DNA of 63,719 bases, filler included, from Choristocarpus tenellus KU-1152 (GCA_964200185.2; 11 parts of 11 records of this genome joined end to end with filler, not necessarily neighbours in it); one strand, 5' to 3'. Positions 37,633 to 52,300 are shown, counted from the first letter of the whole stretch. Notes: a model not told the origin generated them from the letters alone. Numbers and translations: made by a program.

Positions 37633-39032
37633 ATGAGACCACAGTCGATACCACGGTCTACCATCGGTCGTGCGCTGAGTTCAAGGAGCGGAGCAGCGCC
37701 CAGTCCAACAGAGCACTGCGCGAAACTGGTTCGCCAAGGCGATTATGATGGCTATATCTTCAGTTATCTTGATAAGGTTCCCCAACGAAGGTGCTCTATT
37801 TTGCATGTTGAGACCACGTCCATATGCAGCGTTTGGAAATTTAATCATCGAAAAATGTGGTCCATTGTACTTCTTGCGTACTTGAGACTTCCTGTGCCCG
37901 AAGAGCTTAAGTGCCCGCACAATACACTATAGTCGCAGGTGGCAAGATGACCGTCCATGGTATATGTGTACTGACTCCTCTGTCAAATCTGACCTATCAA
38001 CTCCCTTGAGCCATCTAGATCGGCGGCACTGGCGGTGAGGGCCTTCAACATCGAGACAGCTTCAGTGAGGGACGCTGTGAGGGGCAATGCAATGGCGGGG
38101 GAGCTCAGAATGCAGTGGTGGAAGGATTCGTTGGCGGCTATATTTGATGGTAACCCCCCACCTCAACCCATCGCGATTGCCTTATCACAAGCAGTGGAGC
38201 GCCACAAGTTGACAAAACGCTGGTTCGATCGTTTATTGGACGCAAGAATTGCCGACCTGCATAACCCGCAGTTGTCGTCCATCAAGGCCATGGAAACGTG
38301 AGTGCATCTTCAGTTGGGGAGAAGGATTGAATCCGCAGCACGCTTGTTCACCTCCTTACATTTAATCTATCATCTCACCAACTGTTGACCTTTCTGCAGC
38401 AAGCGTGCCAACCAAACTTTAGTGGGTTCAGATTGCTGCAAAGACTAATCGACATGCTTACGTGTAAGACAACGACCTGATGCATTCACACCACACCTCT
38501 ACAACCCCTTCCATACCCCACACTCGCTCTTGCACCCCAAAGCTACGCAGAAAACACTGCATCCTCCCTGCTGTACTTGATGCTCGAGATTGCAGGCGTG
38601 AAGGGCAAGGATTTAGACCACGCGGCTGCGCACGTGGGCAAGGCTGTTGGCATAGTGACCCTCCTGAGAGGGGCGCCGCACCAACTTGGCCAGGAGCACT
38701 CAGTGATTCCGTCTGAAGTCCTCTGGAAGCACCGCTTGTATTCCTCTGTGTTGCGGAAAGGCCCTAAGACGCCAGAGGAGGCGCACGGCATCGCAGAGTG
38801 CTTTTATGACGTGAGTGCAGTGAGCAAGGGCCACCTGGATGCTGCACAAGAGGTGGTTCAGGGTTTATCCGCTGATGCTTTTCATGCTCTCTTACCTGGA
38901 GTGCGGGCTGCATGGTATCTGGAAAAGCTTGAGGCCTGCCGATTTGACGCATTCGATGAAAGGCTCCAACCACATAGCCCACTTGGGTTTCACCTGCGTC
39001 TAGCAAAGTCCATTTTTACCCAAAAATTTTAA
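37633..39032 (+). CDS. NDUFAF6: Mitochondrial complex I assembly factor 6 (squalene/phytoene synthase fold); exons 37633-37790, 38019-38297, 38543-39032
   Basis: HCAKLVRQGDYDGY..AVRAFNIETASVRD..LRMQWWKDSL..WFDRLLDAR..YAENTASSLLYLMLE..DHAAAHVGKAVGIVTLLRG. The N-terminus is R/S-rich and presequence-like. Introns are GT-AG and phase-compatible. Confidence 0.92.
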
Positions 39033-39824
39033 AGTCTGATTCATGGGTCCTCAGTCAGAGGCACGTAACAGCAGCAATGTGTGATTTTCCTCAGCAATAG
39101 ATTATTAAATGTGTATGATAATACTCAATTGTGAATAATGTACAAGTCTTGTGGGAGAGCTTATGGTGGTGAGTAGGATACACCTCTGGGTGTTGTATGG
39201 ATCAAGTTACAACGTGATAAACGTGAGTACCCAACCAACAATATGCACATATCTTGTGATGATATTCAATGGGTTTTTAAAACCCCTCCCAAAATGTTGT
39301 TTGTGCTACTATAGGGTGGGTAAGTAGATTGCCTTTATAGATGGAAGAACCCTTGACCAAGATTTCTCGTCTGAAGATAAAGCGCATCACTGTCATTAAC
39401 AAGGTATTATGGTTGGGGCAAACATTGCTCACACAGAGCATCAGTGTCCATAACAGAGGTTGCGATGGAAATATGTCTCCATTTGTGTGCTGGGACTCTC
39501 AAAAATAATTTTCATCACTGCCCAAGTAGAGGAATGGTGAACAAAAAGGATCCTTTTTCGTAAGATCAAAATATCCAGGATTTTTTAGAAAGTTGGTACT
39601 ATTTTAGTTGAAGTTTTAAGACATTGGTGGGATCATACATACATTGCTTTGCCTGCATGTTTGTTGCAGATGTTGTCATGGAAAGAATAAAAATAATTGT
39701 GAGGCAAAGAATACAACAATTATGACAACAGTGGGGTCGATATTTCTGACAGGGAATCTCTTTGGTTACACTAACAAGAGTTATGTATTTGTGCAGTGCC
39801 TGAAAGAATTTGTTGCAGGTAAGT

Positions 39825-39960
39825 TGCCATTGCTCCCTACCACCCACTACATGTGTCACCAGCTCATTCAGGAATTGCCCTGACTGTGTGCCTAGACGAT
39901 TGAAGCTATCCATCAACAATGGCATTGACGTTATATTATTCCCCCTTTGAGCTCTTGTCT
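39825..39960 (-). mobile_element. Short CRE-like RLE retrotransposon 3' remnant
   Basis: MPLLMDSFNRLGTQSGQFLNELVTHVVGG parallels the AVESFG.LG.QA..FLDE segment near 12450. Confidence 0.5.
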
Positions 39961-40394
39961 GTGTGTACTCACTGCTCAGTGGTAGTAAAGGCTGTTCCCT
40001 GCATTCCCCGTTTCCTGGATTTTGATGGTTTGAAACCCATCAGTGCCAGACTTCTCTTTGCAGAAATTTGGTTCAATTCCACCTGCCAGGTGTAAGGGTT
40101 TATACACCATTACTATCCCGTCTGTATTTATGTTGTTACAAAAATGCTGAACCAAGATCAAGGTGGCAATGTCAAGGCAGGTCCAGCACAAGATTTGAGG
40201 GAGGAAATAGACTGATGAGTGGTACAAGTGCTGAACCCAACGTTCGAGAAGCAAGGCAGGAATAGAGGCAGTTCAATTAGTCGTAATGCTACAGTTATTT
40301 ACAGTAGTTACTGTGGGTAGTGCCTCCAACCTTGAGTGAGGATAATTCCCAGACTGAGGTGAATACAAATACTACTACTACTACTACTACTACT

Positions 40395-40643
40395 GAGTCA
40401 AAGTAAAAGAGTTACATTTTAACATCGCCACAAAAGATGTGCAAAATTAATATATTTCTACAAATTCACACAGAATACTTTCTGAATAGTTTCGAAATTT
40501 TTCAAACAATAGAGAAATAATCTTTCTTAAGTCAAACTTAGAATTTCGTCCATGAATAGCATGGGCGAATTGTGAAAGACTATCAAAACTGGCTTAAAAT
40601 ACAAAACGGTCAAAACCTGGGTACCTCTCGCTTACTTTGTCTC
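40395..40643. mobile_element. MITE family C
   Basis: GAGTCAAAGTAAAAGAG ... CTCTCGCTTACTTTGTCTC. Confidence 0.75.
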
Positions 40644-40672
40644 ACTGCTAATATTAATATTATAATGATACA

Positions 40673-40932
40673 GAGTCAACGTAGACGGGAACTTACCTAG
40701 AGAGGTGCATTTTAAGGGTACTGACAAATACACACAGAATTCGTCTTTTTTGACCCAAGCATAAAGAGTATTTTCTGAATTCTATCGAAAAGTCTTAGAT
40801 AATAGAGAAATCAACTGCCCCAAGTCAAACTTAGCAATCCATCCATAGAAATAAAGGTATAGCAAAAGATCGAAAAACTGGACTAATATGAAAAACGACC
40901 AAAACCTGGGTACCTCTCGTTTACTTTGGCTA
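40673..40932. mobile_element. MITE family C, tandem second copy
   Basis: GAGTCAACGTAGACG ... AAAACCTGGGTACCTCTCGTTTACTTTGGCT; shares AAGTCAAACTTAG and AAAACCTGGGTACCTC with the 40395 copy. Confidence 0.75.
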
Positions 40933-43900
40933 ATAAATTTGTCGCATACCAATCATCATACATATATTTTCACATAATTTCTCCTCTATACTCTGCCCCT
41001 CTTATCTAGTTCAACAACACCTAAATTGTGTTAACAGGTAATATCACATTGATCAACACTTCAATTGACATATTTGACTCATATTTTAAATGCATTATTT
41101 AAAAAAATAAAAAAGCAGGAAACGATACCTAAGGATATAGCATTGCTTTTCACAACCAATCTCCCCTTACGAAACAGGATTTCAATTTTGCTAGGGTTCC
41201 AATCTGAAGTTTCCTTTCCTCCAGAGTCTAGTCACGACCTGCCCTTGTGAAATCTGTCCTCTTTTCAACCTATAGGTTGCCAAGAGACGCCATGAGTGTG
41301 TCGACAGGGGAAGAAACTTCGTTGGAAAGGGTGAGTAATATAGATGAGTCACGTCAGGTGCAACATGGACTATCAAATCCGTACTATCAAGTGATAGAGG
41401 GAAAGGGTGATGGACATGTGTATGACGAAGAGTTCGGCTGTATTCATACAGGTAGACAATCGGTGTAATGATGCGATGACACAACGCCCAAGCTTAGATA
41501 CCGAGGATGACAATAGACCCTCGACACCTCTCGATAGTGGACAAACCAGACTTTCCCTTTGGTTCGCCAGCTTGCCTGGGTTTTGTGTCACGCTTCGAGA
41601 TATCGAAGCTGTATGAAGAAATCTAACACCCTCCGCCCCATAATGCCCTTCGTCCTAGTTTCCACCACCGGTTCCTTCACCGCAGGATACTCAAGCTTTC
41701 TATTGGTGGAAAAAATTCATAGCATCAAGCAAGTGTGAAGAGACAATTTCAAGAGAGGTCAGACTGAGCTATTTGCTGGACTCAATATTATTCCTGCCTT
41801 CCTTGTTTATTTCTTCACTTTTAGCCCTCATTGTGAAAAACAACTTCATCAGGCCGTGAAAAAATCTAATAACACCCTCTCCCAAATATAGGCTACTCTA
41901 ACTGACTCGTGGATATAGTCCAGGATACTAATCTGATTACGACTGCCCTGCCTCATGATCCTGTCTACTCAGAGCGTGACTATGAGGACACTCCAACACC
42001 TGACATATGCGGATCCGTAGCGTACGTACATACTCGTCCATTTGTTTCCTTTTGCAGTTCGCTGTTCCTGAAGTAGAAAGATAAACCTAGAGATGGGCAG
42101 TTCCTGTTCGTTACATCAACCACAAGTCCAATTAGCCAATGGCCACTTTGCCTATAACCTTTGCCCTAGATATGAGATTTAGTTCCAAAGAAAAATACTT
42201 GGATTTTTTTTCATAGATATGAGAGCTGGTTACGTGATCCGAGAACACGAAGCAGACACCCTGCTTGCTCCCTTGAGTTCACTCTTTTCGTGTGTACCAC
42301 AACACAACTGGATGCTATCTATCCTGAGTTCAAGCACCCACTACCTTGTAGCCACAAGGTAACATCCCTCTCCCCAGAGCATCTCATCAGGAGTGATCCA
42401 TGCTTCATTGCATTCAGTCAATCAAGTCTCCCGTCAGTGACTATCACTTCATTCACCATATTGGAATTATTTCGTGCTGGATTGCACTTGGTCAACCTTT
42501 TCCCTTCATAGTTACTTCATAGAGCACCCCACCTGAACTACTACAGCACCATTGATCTATACTTCAGGGTGCACTGCATCATCAATCAATGGTTTCGACA
42601 GATTATGGGTCTCACACGATTACCTTTCTTGTTCCCTTCTTGTCTTTCCGCCGACACCCAATACCCTTTGACTAAATGCCCACAGTTGCACTCCCAATTC
42701 CAGACTGCATGCTTCCTTCTGCCCTCAATTGTGCATAAAAATATATTATGATCAAACTAATACTTCTGCTCTGAAGTATCTGGTTGGCCTCTTTTTAGCA
42801 AGAAGCTCTGTAGCCTAGCAAAAGATCATGTGCATAGGAAAAAATCATACCATGCCACTATTTTCATGTAGAGTTCATTTTTTTTTTCTTCCTTCAGTGC
42901 CTGTTTCAGGAGGATCTACAGGCATCCCCCCTCCCTTTCTGGGTTAGGAATATTGGAGGTGTATCAATACTGTAGTGAGGGCTACATAATTGTTTTGCAA
43001 CAGTATTAACACAACTCTTGTATTTACACCTCAAAGTCAATGCCTGATCGTATAGATTTTAGCAACTGCTTCTTCCATGGGATACACAACCATAATATGC
43101 TCTCTCACAATTTTTGACTCCCCACTAGAGCTCTATCTGTCAATTTGCCTACTACACCACAAATCAGTGATGGAGGAGTGCAATAAAGCACTTCACAAAT
43201 CGCATGAAAGGATGCAATCTCGGATAGATATCTGCTAATAGGGTACTTGTGGTAGGAGGTTAATGGTAACCATTTGTACTCTGGTTGTAATTCTCTCATG
43301 TTATGCTATGAAACACTCTATATGTATTTTCATCACCCATCAGCACCAATCTTGCTGTCTGGTCCTTTGTGAGTTGTTGTCTTGTGCCACAAATGTATGT
43401 GCATTCCACAACTCACTCACCCTTTCCCGCCTCTCCTCCTGTTATCACAATCCCCACCACTTACATTTGGGTTTATGTTGACTGATCTTTTCACTTCAAA
43501 TATCGCTCATTTTTTGCATGGTTTCACACTTGCAGGATGAACACCCACGCAAACAGATTGTCCATGCCGATGATATGTGTCATAAGAACGTATCAGTTGA
43601 CCATGTTGTTGGATCTGGGGTTGCACATGACAAGAGACTGGTGCATTCAGAAACACAGGTAAGGTCAAGGTGACCTCTTACATAGGATGAGGATGTGAGC
43701 TGCAGAGGATGGGAGAGGGTGATGAGAGTCAGACTTGGGTCCAAGTTAATGATGGATGGCACAACACTTTACAAATCCAGTGCTCTTCATTCTTGCGTAC
43801 ATTTCAGCTGCAGATTGTCCTATACACAATCACCTCGGAATGTTCTTTTCCCTTTGTTTCCTATTGATATTTGTTTTGTCAAACTAGAAGCCACAACCAC

Positions 43901-45789
43901 TGTTCTGGAAGTTCAAACTTGAAAAAATATAGCTGGCCATGGAAATCTTGCTCTTGATTCAGTCATGACCTTCTTCCCCAATCTAACCCTTCCACTTCTT
44001 GCTATGTATCGAGACTGATGCCATCAATGGCGTGAATCAGGATCAAGTCCTGTTGAAGCTGGAAGCAGAGATCAAAGTTCTACGGGAAAGAGATGTAGCT
44101 TCCAAGAAAGAGGTCAGTTCAACTATGTTTTCCCCCCTTGCCTTTCTCTTCTACTCTTGCATATGATCTCCTTCCCTGAGGAATTTGTCAACTAAAAAAA
44201 AAATTGACCTGGGTTTTCTTTCACCTGTTTGTTGTTGCAATTTTCTCCCAAGCATGCACTCACAAATAATGTGCGCTTTGTAGTACATACATCCTCCAAG
44301 ACAAGACCAAAGAGAGGAACTGATCATTAACTCAAGCAGCTTTAGCCACTACCAAGTTCATCGCAAGCTGTCAAACCTAAAAGAAATAATCCAGATGAGA
44401 CGTTCGGATGGCATGATTAGTGCAGAATAGGAAAATGCTGTCCAAGTGTACCACTGTATATTGTGTTGTGAATGGAGTGATTGAATTGCTGTGATTCAAC
44501 AAACAAATTGAGATAGTAGATATAGTTGAGGGGTTAGGCTCAATTGGTTTTCTTCTCATGCATGCATGTACTGCTTCCTCTGCTTGCGACACCCCATGGT
44601 GCACAGTACTTCATGTGTCTTGCTTCATGCAGTGCGTGGGTGTCTGGATTCTAACTGAGTACCCCAGGGTACATCGAAAGCTTTCGAGTCAATTTCACTT
44701 AAGCTCGCCTAACTTCCGATTCACATGTCCAGTTGTATCCATGAGTAGCCTCCTTTTTGGTATGGGGTAGGACAGGCATACCTTAAGCGATGTTGTTTTC
44801 CTTCTTTGACAGCTATGCTCTTTGTCTCATGTCCATCACAAACATCTATACTCTCTAAAATCTGTTCAGTGCACAATGATATTGAGTGCACCTATCCTAT
44901 CCTGCTACCACCTTCCAATCAATTTGAGGAAGCCTTACAGATTTCCCCTCCCCTGATTAGTACATGTCACATTGATCCTGCTGCTATCAGGTTGTTGCTT
45001 GTAGTGCAAGGATTCTGAAGCAGACCTGCAGTTAGACACCCAACTTGTTTGTGACATGGTTGGTGACCTGTCTTTTGCTGTGAAAGTGCACACAACAAGA
45101 CCACTTCAATACTACAAAGCACCTTGTACTTCCTCCATTTGGAATGTAATGTAGCATAACTTTTGCATGCTCAATTCTCGTCTAGAAAAGACCCACGTGA
45201 TAAATCCTCGGAACCAGGCTTAGTTCTTATATAGGTTGGGAGGCGTGTAAAGTTTGAGATGGTGTCCTGTCATGCCTGTGGAGGATCAACAGTGCAAAGT
45301 CGACCAACTTGCATTTGATGGATTTCAAAAACCTCCTGAAACTGTCAAAGTGAGTGATTATTAGAATACCTAGGACGAAGGGCCCTCGTCGTTCGAGCAG
45401 CTACCTCATCCCGTTGTCGCCTGTTGATCCCAATTCTTTGGCCAAGAAGTCCGTCCAGGATCAGGACTCAAACACCCCAACGAAGAACAGCGTGATGGTG
45501 CAATGCCTTCAAGCGAGAGAGTGTGAGACTCGGACGCCTCCAGGGATGGTGGCGGCAATAGCGGTGGACTTCCGAATTTCCCACCGTGTTCCATCACCTG
45601 AAGAAGTATGACAGCCATATTGCATGGGGTAATATATATAAGAACCTTGTATGACATTGCAAGGGGCGATTTGGCCGCTATACAAGTATCCTCGACTTTT
45701 GGGATGGCCCATCACTACACTACGAATCCTTCCACAAATGGGTGACCAAAGTCAGGGTCTCCCTTGCCTCGTTGTGGGATCTGTGCAAG

Positions 45790-46705
45790 CTTGAGAAGGT
45801 CAAGAAGGTCAAGCAGTGAATTGATCCAGTCCTTTCAGACCAGTAGAAAGTCAACAAGGTGGGTTTCATCATCAGCCACAAGCACAGGAGGGGGGGAAGT
45901 GGGGTATTAGTGGATGATCTATGAGACTGTGTGGAAGAGAAGTGGTCCCACATCCTCAAAGATGAGCAAGGTGAGAATTTGCACCCCACTGAGTATCCCT
46001 CCAAATGCCCACGAGCATAGAATGAGTGTTACATTATGAAGGTGATGTTCCTTGCCGCTGTGGCCTCCCCTAGGAAGCTCTCCAACAGGGTGTGGTTTGG
46101 GGGGAAAACAATCATAGACACAAAGGTTCAAGCTCACCTGACCTCAACGTCAACGACCTGGAACTGAAGAGTGAGAGTATCTTAGAGGGTACTAGTTTTT
46201 CCCTGTTTGTCCATTTGGGGCTTGACTGCCCGCGGGTTTTTAATGATATTTTCCCTACTCCAAAATATTTTGGAGTAGGTAAAATGTATTCGATATGAAA
46301 ACGATTGTTCAGAACAAGGATCTTGACATCTCCTAACAAAAATGATGGCAAAAATTACATCAAAATTGCGACATCGGATTTTGACCCCCAAATGGACACG
46401 GCTCTACCCTCTAAGACACTTTGATTCTGAAGGAAGATGTGGGGGTGACAAACAGAGAGGAGGTGGTGGCGGTCACAATGGAGGCATTGGATGTGTGCCC
46501 CTGGGAGACACTAGAGCGCGTCTGGCAGAGCCTCTATGCAGTCTACGGTGAAGTGCTAGTGTCCAAGAGTGACAGCGTCTTCAAAATTTCCCATCTCAAC
46601 AAGGAAAAGGTTGAGAAGGCGGGTAAGTTCCCCCCAACTGCCCCTGTGGATACAGCGAAATATTGTGCTGGAATGGAGTTGCAGAGGGCTTCTGGGGTGG
46701 AATGA
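45790..46705 (+). mobile_element. Tc1/mariner transposase pseudogene (DD39D-like), internally deleted and MITE-interrupted
   Basis: CVEEKWS..YIMKVMFLAAVASPR..WFGGK..SSPDLNVNDL[MITE]LKEDV..LERVWQSLYAVYGEVL..FKISHLNKEKVEKAGKFP. Confidence 0.8.
46169..46427 (+). mobile_element. MITE family A with perfect 4-bp TSD TGAA
   Basis: tgaa|GAGTGAGAGTATCTTAGAGGGTA ... TACCCTCTAAGACACTTTGATTC|tgaa. Confidence 0.92.
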
Positions 46706-47890
46706 TAGATAGGTGTAGGCTGCCCCACTTTGCTTGAGATTTTGGTGGGCAACCTTTTAGTGTCTGCACAAATCACCCTTAAAATATGAGCATACGAAAA
46801 AATCCCTTCCTTCTTTGTCGGGGCTGCAAAAGTTATGTTACATTTAATTCCGAACGGTGGAAGTATTGTGGTATATTTCAATTTTTGTCCGTAATTTGTG
46901 TTTCTTTTACGGTCTGGTTCGGATATCATAATTACCACCGACAAACACGAGATCAGACTGGTATTATATTATTATGCACTCTGACATTTTGCAGATGCGT
47001 CAGGAGAAAAAATCAAGGAAAAACTGTTCATATGACAGACTTCAACACCATTCGTTCAGACAGAAGGGTCAGATCAGGTTCAGGCTCAGGTCTGGAATGA
47101 AGAACGGGATCAGGGCCAGACCCTGACTGTGCAGCAGAATTTTGGTGAGGGTTGGCTTCAGGGTCAGACACAACACCAGGTACAGACTGAATTTTACACA
47201 CAGGTTACAACAACTAAGAATCTAGGCTTAAGGCCAGGCTTCTGGGCACTCACTGTCAGCTCAGAGCAAGACTCAAGTTTGGACCCAAGCCCTGATCCAA
47301 TATCTGGTGCAGAATATGGACCAGGGTTGGCCTCGAGTTGGGATTCAGGGTCGGGTGCAGGGCCATGCCCAGGGCCACACATTGATGCTCAAGAAGGTTG
47401 TTGGAGGTGGCGTGGACCATTTCCATGCCCATATCCAGACTCATTCCTTGACTCCAAGACCTTGTCAAGTCCAGTTCAGGGCAGGGTAGATGTTCAAGGT
47501 TTGGCTACATGGTATTAGAGAGGGATCTATGGAGGGGTGGGCAAGGGTACAGGGCACCCTGCAGGACTAGGCTGACACCCGGGCATGTAGGTCCATGATT
47601 CATGCACAGACTCAGAGGGTGATTGCAGCGTGTGGATGAGACAGAGCAATTGATAAGGCCAAAGGTAGGCACGATTAGAGGTCCAAGCAGGGAGAAGCTT
47701 GCTAGAGTCAAGCCTTGGTACAGTGCCAGAAGGAGGGTTTCCACCAGGGATGGGGAAGGATATGGTTGAGGACGAGGCAGGAGAGGAGGCAGGCAAGGGG
47801 GGTTGAGAAAGAGACGGCTTTGAGGGACAGAGTTACAAGAACAGAGGTAGGGCTGGTGGGTGGGAGGGGGTGGACCTAGATTTAGGTACG

Positions 47891-48148
47891 GAGTAAAAGT
47901 ATCTTATAGGGTTCGAGTTTTGCCACGTTTTTCCGTTTGGGGCTTGGCTTCCCATGGGTTTTTTTCTGACATTTTCCTACTCCAAAATATTTCGGAGTAG
48001 GAAAAATGAATACATTATGAAAAGGTGTGTCCAGAACAACGATATTGTCACTTCCTAACAAACATGATAGCTAAAAATTCATCGAAATAACGACAATGGA
48101 TTTTAGCCCCAAATGGACGCGGCTCTAACCTCTAAGATACTTTGACTC
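47891..48148 (+). mobile_element. MITE family A
   Basis: acg|GAGTAAAAGTATCTTATAGGG ... CCTCTAAGATACTTTGACTC|acg. Confidence 0.9.
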
Positions 48149-48602
48149 ACGTAGTGCTGAGAATCCAAGAGAAGAGAGGCAATAGATAAGGTGAAGCCGC
48201 ATAATTCATACAAATACAGGAGTAGTCTGTTGCGTTTTGGAAATGCTTTGGATTTGTGTGCATCCCATGCTCTACTTTCAACACCACACAAAATTTCACA
48301 TGCTGGTGAGATTATCTACATCCCATCCATGATCCTTGAACAACAAAAACATATTTTTCTTTTTGATTTACTCTTGTTTGGTTGGGTTGAGTCCCCTGCC
48401 CGATCAACCGTACATGCATGTCTGTAACACAACTTTTCACCCTTGGCAAGACACCAAGACCACCCCCCAAATAGTGCTGTACTACTGCATCCTATGCAGG
48501 GGCATACATTACTATTGTTTTACAAGGCACACAGTAAATAGAAGGACGGTTTCCTTGTTGGATCAGGTTATTTTCAACTTCACAGAACATTCAAAAGCAG
48601 GG

Positions 48603-48633
<31 letters not shown>

Positions 48634-49328
48634 CAATAGTAGCAAAACAGTTTCCGTCTGGTATGGAAGATGTGTTAACAACCCCACTTGTTCCCTGCAG
48701 GGGGTCCTTAATGGACCNNNNNNNNNNNNNNNNNNNNNNNNNNNNNNNNNNNNNNNNNNNNTTAATTAATTAANNNNNNNNNNNNNNNNNNNNNNNNNNN
48801 NNNNNNNNNNNNNNNNNGGTCCCTCTTGACCTGTTACTGGATAATTCCCAAATGATGGTTATAGATTTGCGTCATGAACATAGCACATAAATTCAAGATT
48901 TGTTCTGAAAACTATTATTGAAGAACTTCTTTGGAATGGGTGCAGGCCAGCTCCTCGTATGTCTTGAGTCCTCAATATTGAAGCACCCTTTCCACTTTTT
49001 TTATTTGAAGGGTGAGTTTATCTTTTTAATTACAGCATTAATAATTTAACATGATATTTTAACGCAAGTACAAATCTTGTTGTGTGGGAGTGTTATCATT
49101 CCTAGATGTAGCTTAGGATTGCCTAACAGAATGAATTCTTTTTCCCTTACACTATATCATCTTATTTGACACCATCATGCTTGTTGGTTCTTGTGTGCCT
49201 CACTTGATTTTACTCTTCTCACCCATGCTTCCTCCTTACAGTGTTGTAACAGATATAATGATGTCACTATCTTGCCCTGGCTGAGAAACCTTCCACCTTA
49301 ATGCTTTGCTGGATCTTGTGCTTTGCAG

Positions 49329-52300
49329 TTGATTCAATACTACCACAGGACAGTCAATTGGGATAAGATGGAGGCATTCAACCTGTGGTCATTGAGACTT
49401 CATCAAGTAGAATCTGCTGCAGAGCGTATTGTTCGTGGACTGCAGGAGGTGGGTCAAGTCCTGACCGTAAACACTTCTCAGAGTGACTTTAATACTCTGT
49501 GGAAAAGGTTTCATGAATGGAACACCATTGCCTGGACTCCCTGCAGCTTGAGTAACGAGTTTATGCCTCCAGAAGATCAGTCTTCTTCCATGGCTATTGG
49601 GAAATACTCTCCTTGCCTTGGACGTGTCCCTGAACTGTGTATCTAACTTGTTTGTTACCTAATGCTGATGTGTAAGTATTGTTGACCAATGTGGTGCATC
49701 ACCTTTCCTCTCTACCTGCCAGGAGAAAGAAGCAGTGTCAGGTGCAAGGGCTACTACCTCTACTATGAGTGCAGAGCATTGGAAGCATAGTGAGCACCGG
49801 ATTGGAAAAGGTGCCTTCGGAGAGGTATGGTACATGCATGTCCATGCAAAGGAGTTGATTAGATAGCTCTGCAACACAAGGCAGCTCTGACGGAGAGTGA
49901 AGATGTGTCTAATTGCCAAACACAATTCGTGCCCGTCGCAGGTGTATCTTATAGATCACCTTGGTGTTAATGCTGCTGCAAAGATAATCGATTTGGGTTA
50001 CCCGGACGACAAGGAGTTTGACAAACAGCACAAGCTCATATCTGAGGAGTACGGCACCATGAGAAAATTGCAGGGATCACCTCATGTGGTTACTCTTGTT
50101 GGTGATATTTTTCATGATAAAATGCATGTGAGAAGTGTATGGTGTGATTACTGACATGTGATTGCTGATCTTGTTGTATGGCAATGTGGACATTTATATC
50201 GGATATTTTTTATGTCGAATGTTTTTTATCTAGCGTCTTGTCTTCTAACATACGATTAATTCTTCACTTTATTGTATGTACTCTTGAACAATCTTTTGTG
50301 TAAGACTATGGAACTAACGAGAGTTGAGCAATAATGAATTCAGAGTTATTCACAGTTACCTGCCTTCCAATCGTTGTCAATGGTAGTTCATCATATTCAC
50401 GGAGTTTTTGCCTGGTGGAGACTTGAGGACTTTGCTGAATGGTGCTAAAGCAGCTGGGTTCTTGGATGAAGAACTACAGAAAAAAATCATCACGGATGTT
50501 GTGGCTGGTTTGAAGTACATACATGCCAATAATATTGTACATGGAGATATAAAGTCTATGAACGTAATCATGGATGGTGATGGTAGGGCCAAGGTGGGTG
50601 ACAAAGCGAATTCCTGAATGGAAAGTGTTTATTGTCCTCGTCCTCGTCTTTTCATTTTGTAAGGGTTGATTTCCTACACGGATGGTGAAATAAGAGCGTA
50701 GCTCTATTGTTGTACTATTCTATAAATGTAAACATGGTGTTTGTTGTTCTTGGTATTGAGAGGATTTAATGGAACATCAGAAGCTGAACATGAGGGGCTC
50801 TGATGGTGTATTGGACTTTGTAGTGTATCTGTTCTATCTGAATCTAAATCTGATGTTGTTGGTGTTCTCTCCAAAATACTGGAGACTTTTGACAGGCTGT
50901 TATTCAAACACAACAGCAAAGAAATGTCTCATTCAAGAAGGAACTCATTCTGTAGTACTGGGTAGAACAATGAAAATAAGAACATCCCACAACAGACCCC
51001 AATTAATTAACCTTGATTATTTTCTCTCTTATTGGTTGCTGATATTGGTTTACCGCATGGTGTATAACACTCGTAGGCCCTCTAAAAGTGGATCTTTTCC
51101 TGTGCTCATTGTGTGTTGTGTGACAAGAATTCTCTGGGTACACCTGTACACGTTGAGAATCTCTCATCTTAAGATCCTAATATTCCATGGTACCCTTTGA
51201 AAACCAAGAAAAAATAAAAGTAATGTTTGTGATTAAGGAACAGTAACCCAATAGAACCATGCGAAAGGTGTCCTCACATTAGTTTTTTTTTGCGCACTGT
51301 TGTGGTTTTGACACCTTCAAAACTGATCATCCCACCACCTTTCCCAGTGTTTGTACATACATGACTTATTGATGATTCCACTCTTACGGTGCACAAACCT
51401 CCCTGCATGTCATGGGATACTTGAATATTCTAGAGCTATCGTGTGGAGTGTTCTATAGTATGCTCTTGGAAATTTCGAAACCGGAACTTCTGGATACTCT
51501 TGATAGTTGCTCTGTTATGTTTTGTTGTTGAGGCCCTCTTCCTCTTCCCCAGCACCTCTCTCTGTGTACGGCCTCTTTCTTTTCCTTATGAAGTCCTCTA
51601 TTTCAAATACATCTACCTTGCACTAGTGTCACCTGCTCATCCATTTGTTAGATGCATGATTTACTTACTTACGTATTGTGTCTGTCCTGGACACGTATCT
51701 CACAGATTGCGGATTTTGGACTCTCACGAGTGGTGACAGTGTTGACTTCAGGTGGCAGTGTCCAGGGCAAGGCATTGGGAAAAACCATTGCTTGGACTGC
51801 TCCTGAAGTGTTTCAAAAGGACAAGAGTAGCAGAGCTAGTGATGTTTACAGGTAGGAGAAGTACTAATACAGCAATCATTATTATTTTTCTTATGTTTTA
51901 AACAGAAAATTCGCAGGTGAAACTGAAATGGGTTAGATGTTGAACTAACTTGATATATTGAGACTCAAACTAACCTGAAGGCAACGTGGATAGTGAGTTT
52001 CTATGCCATAGGGGCAAATATTTGGCTTCTCCTGCATCTCCAGAATCATAGTAGTAGTTGATGTTGACCATTGTTCTATGTTTTGCTCAGGAATCGCTAA
52101 AGAAGAGTTACCAATATCTATTAGATTGGCTGTATAGTGGAAATATACAATTATCACAGTTTTGGTTAGAACTTAAAATACATAGAATCTTTGAGGTGTA
52201 TACGTACAAGGACAATAAAGCACCCCCCACCTAAAAGACCTGTGTTGCCTCTAACGTCCCAGCACAATCATGTAATAAGGAATAAAAATGGGAAAATGAC

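Noticed and set aside
47070-47880. G/P/S-rich ORFs
   Set aside because: Arise from degenerate hexamer-like (NNAGGG-type) low-complexity sequence; no domain seen.
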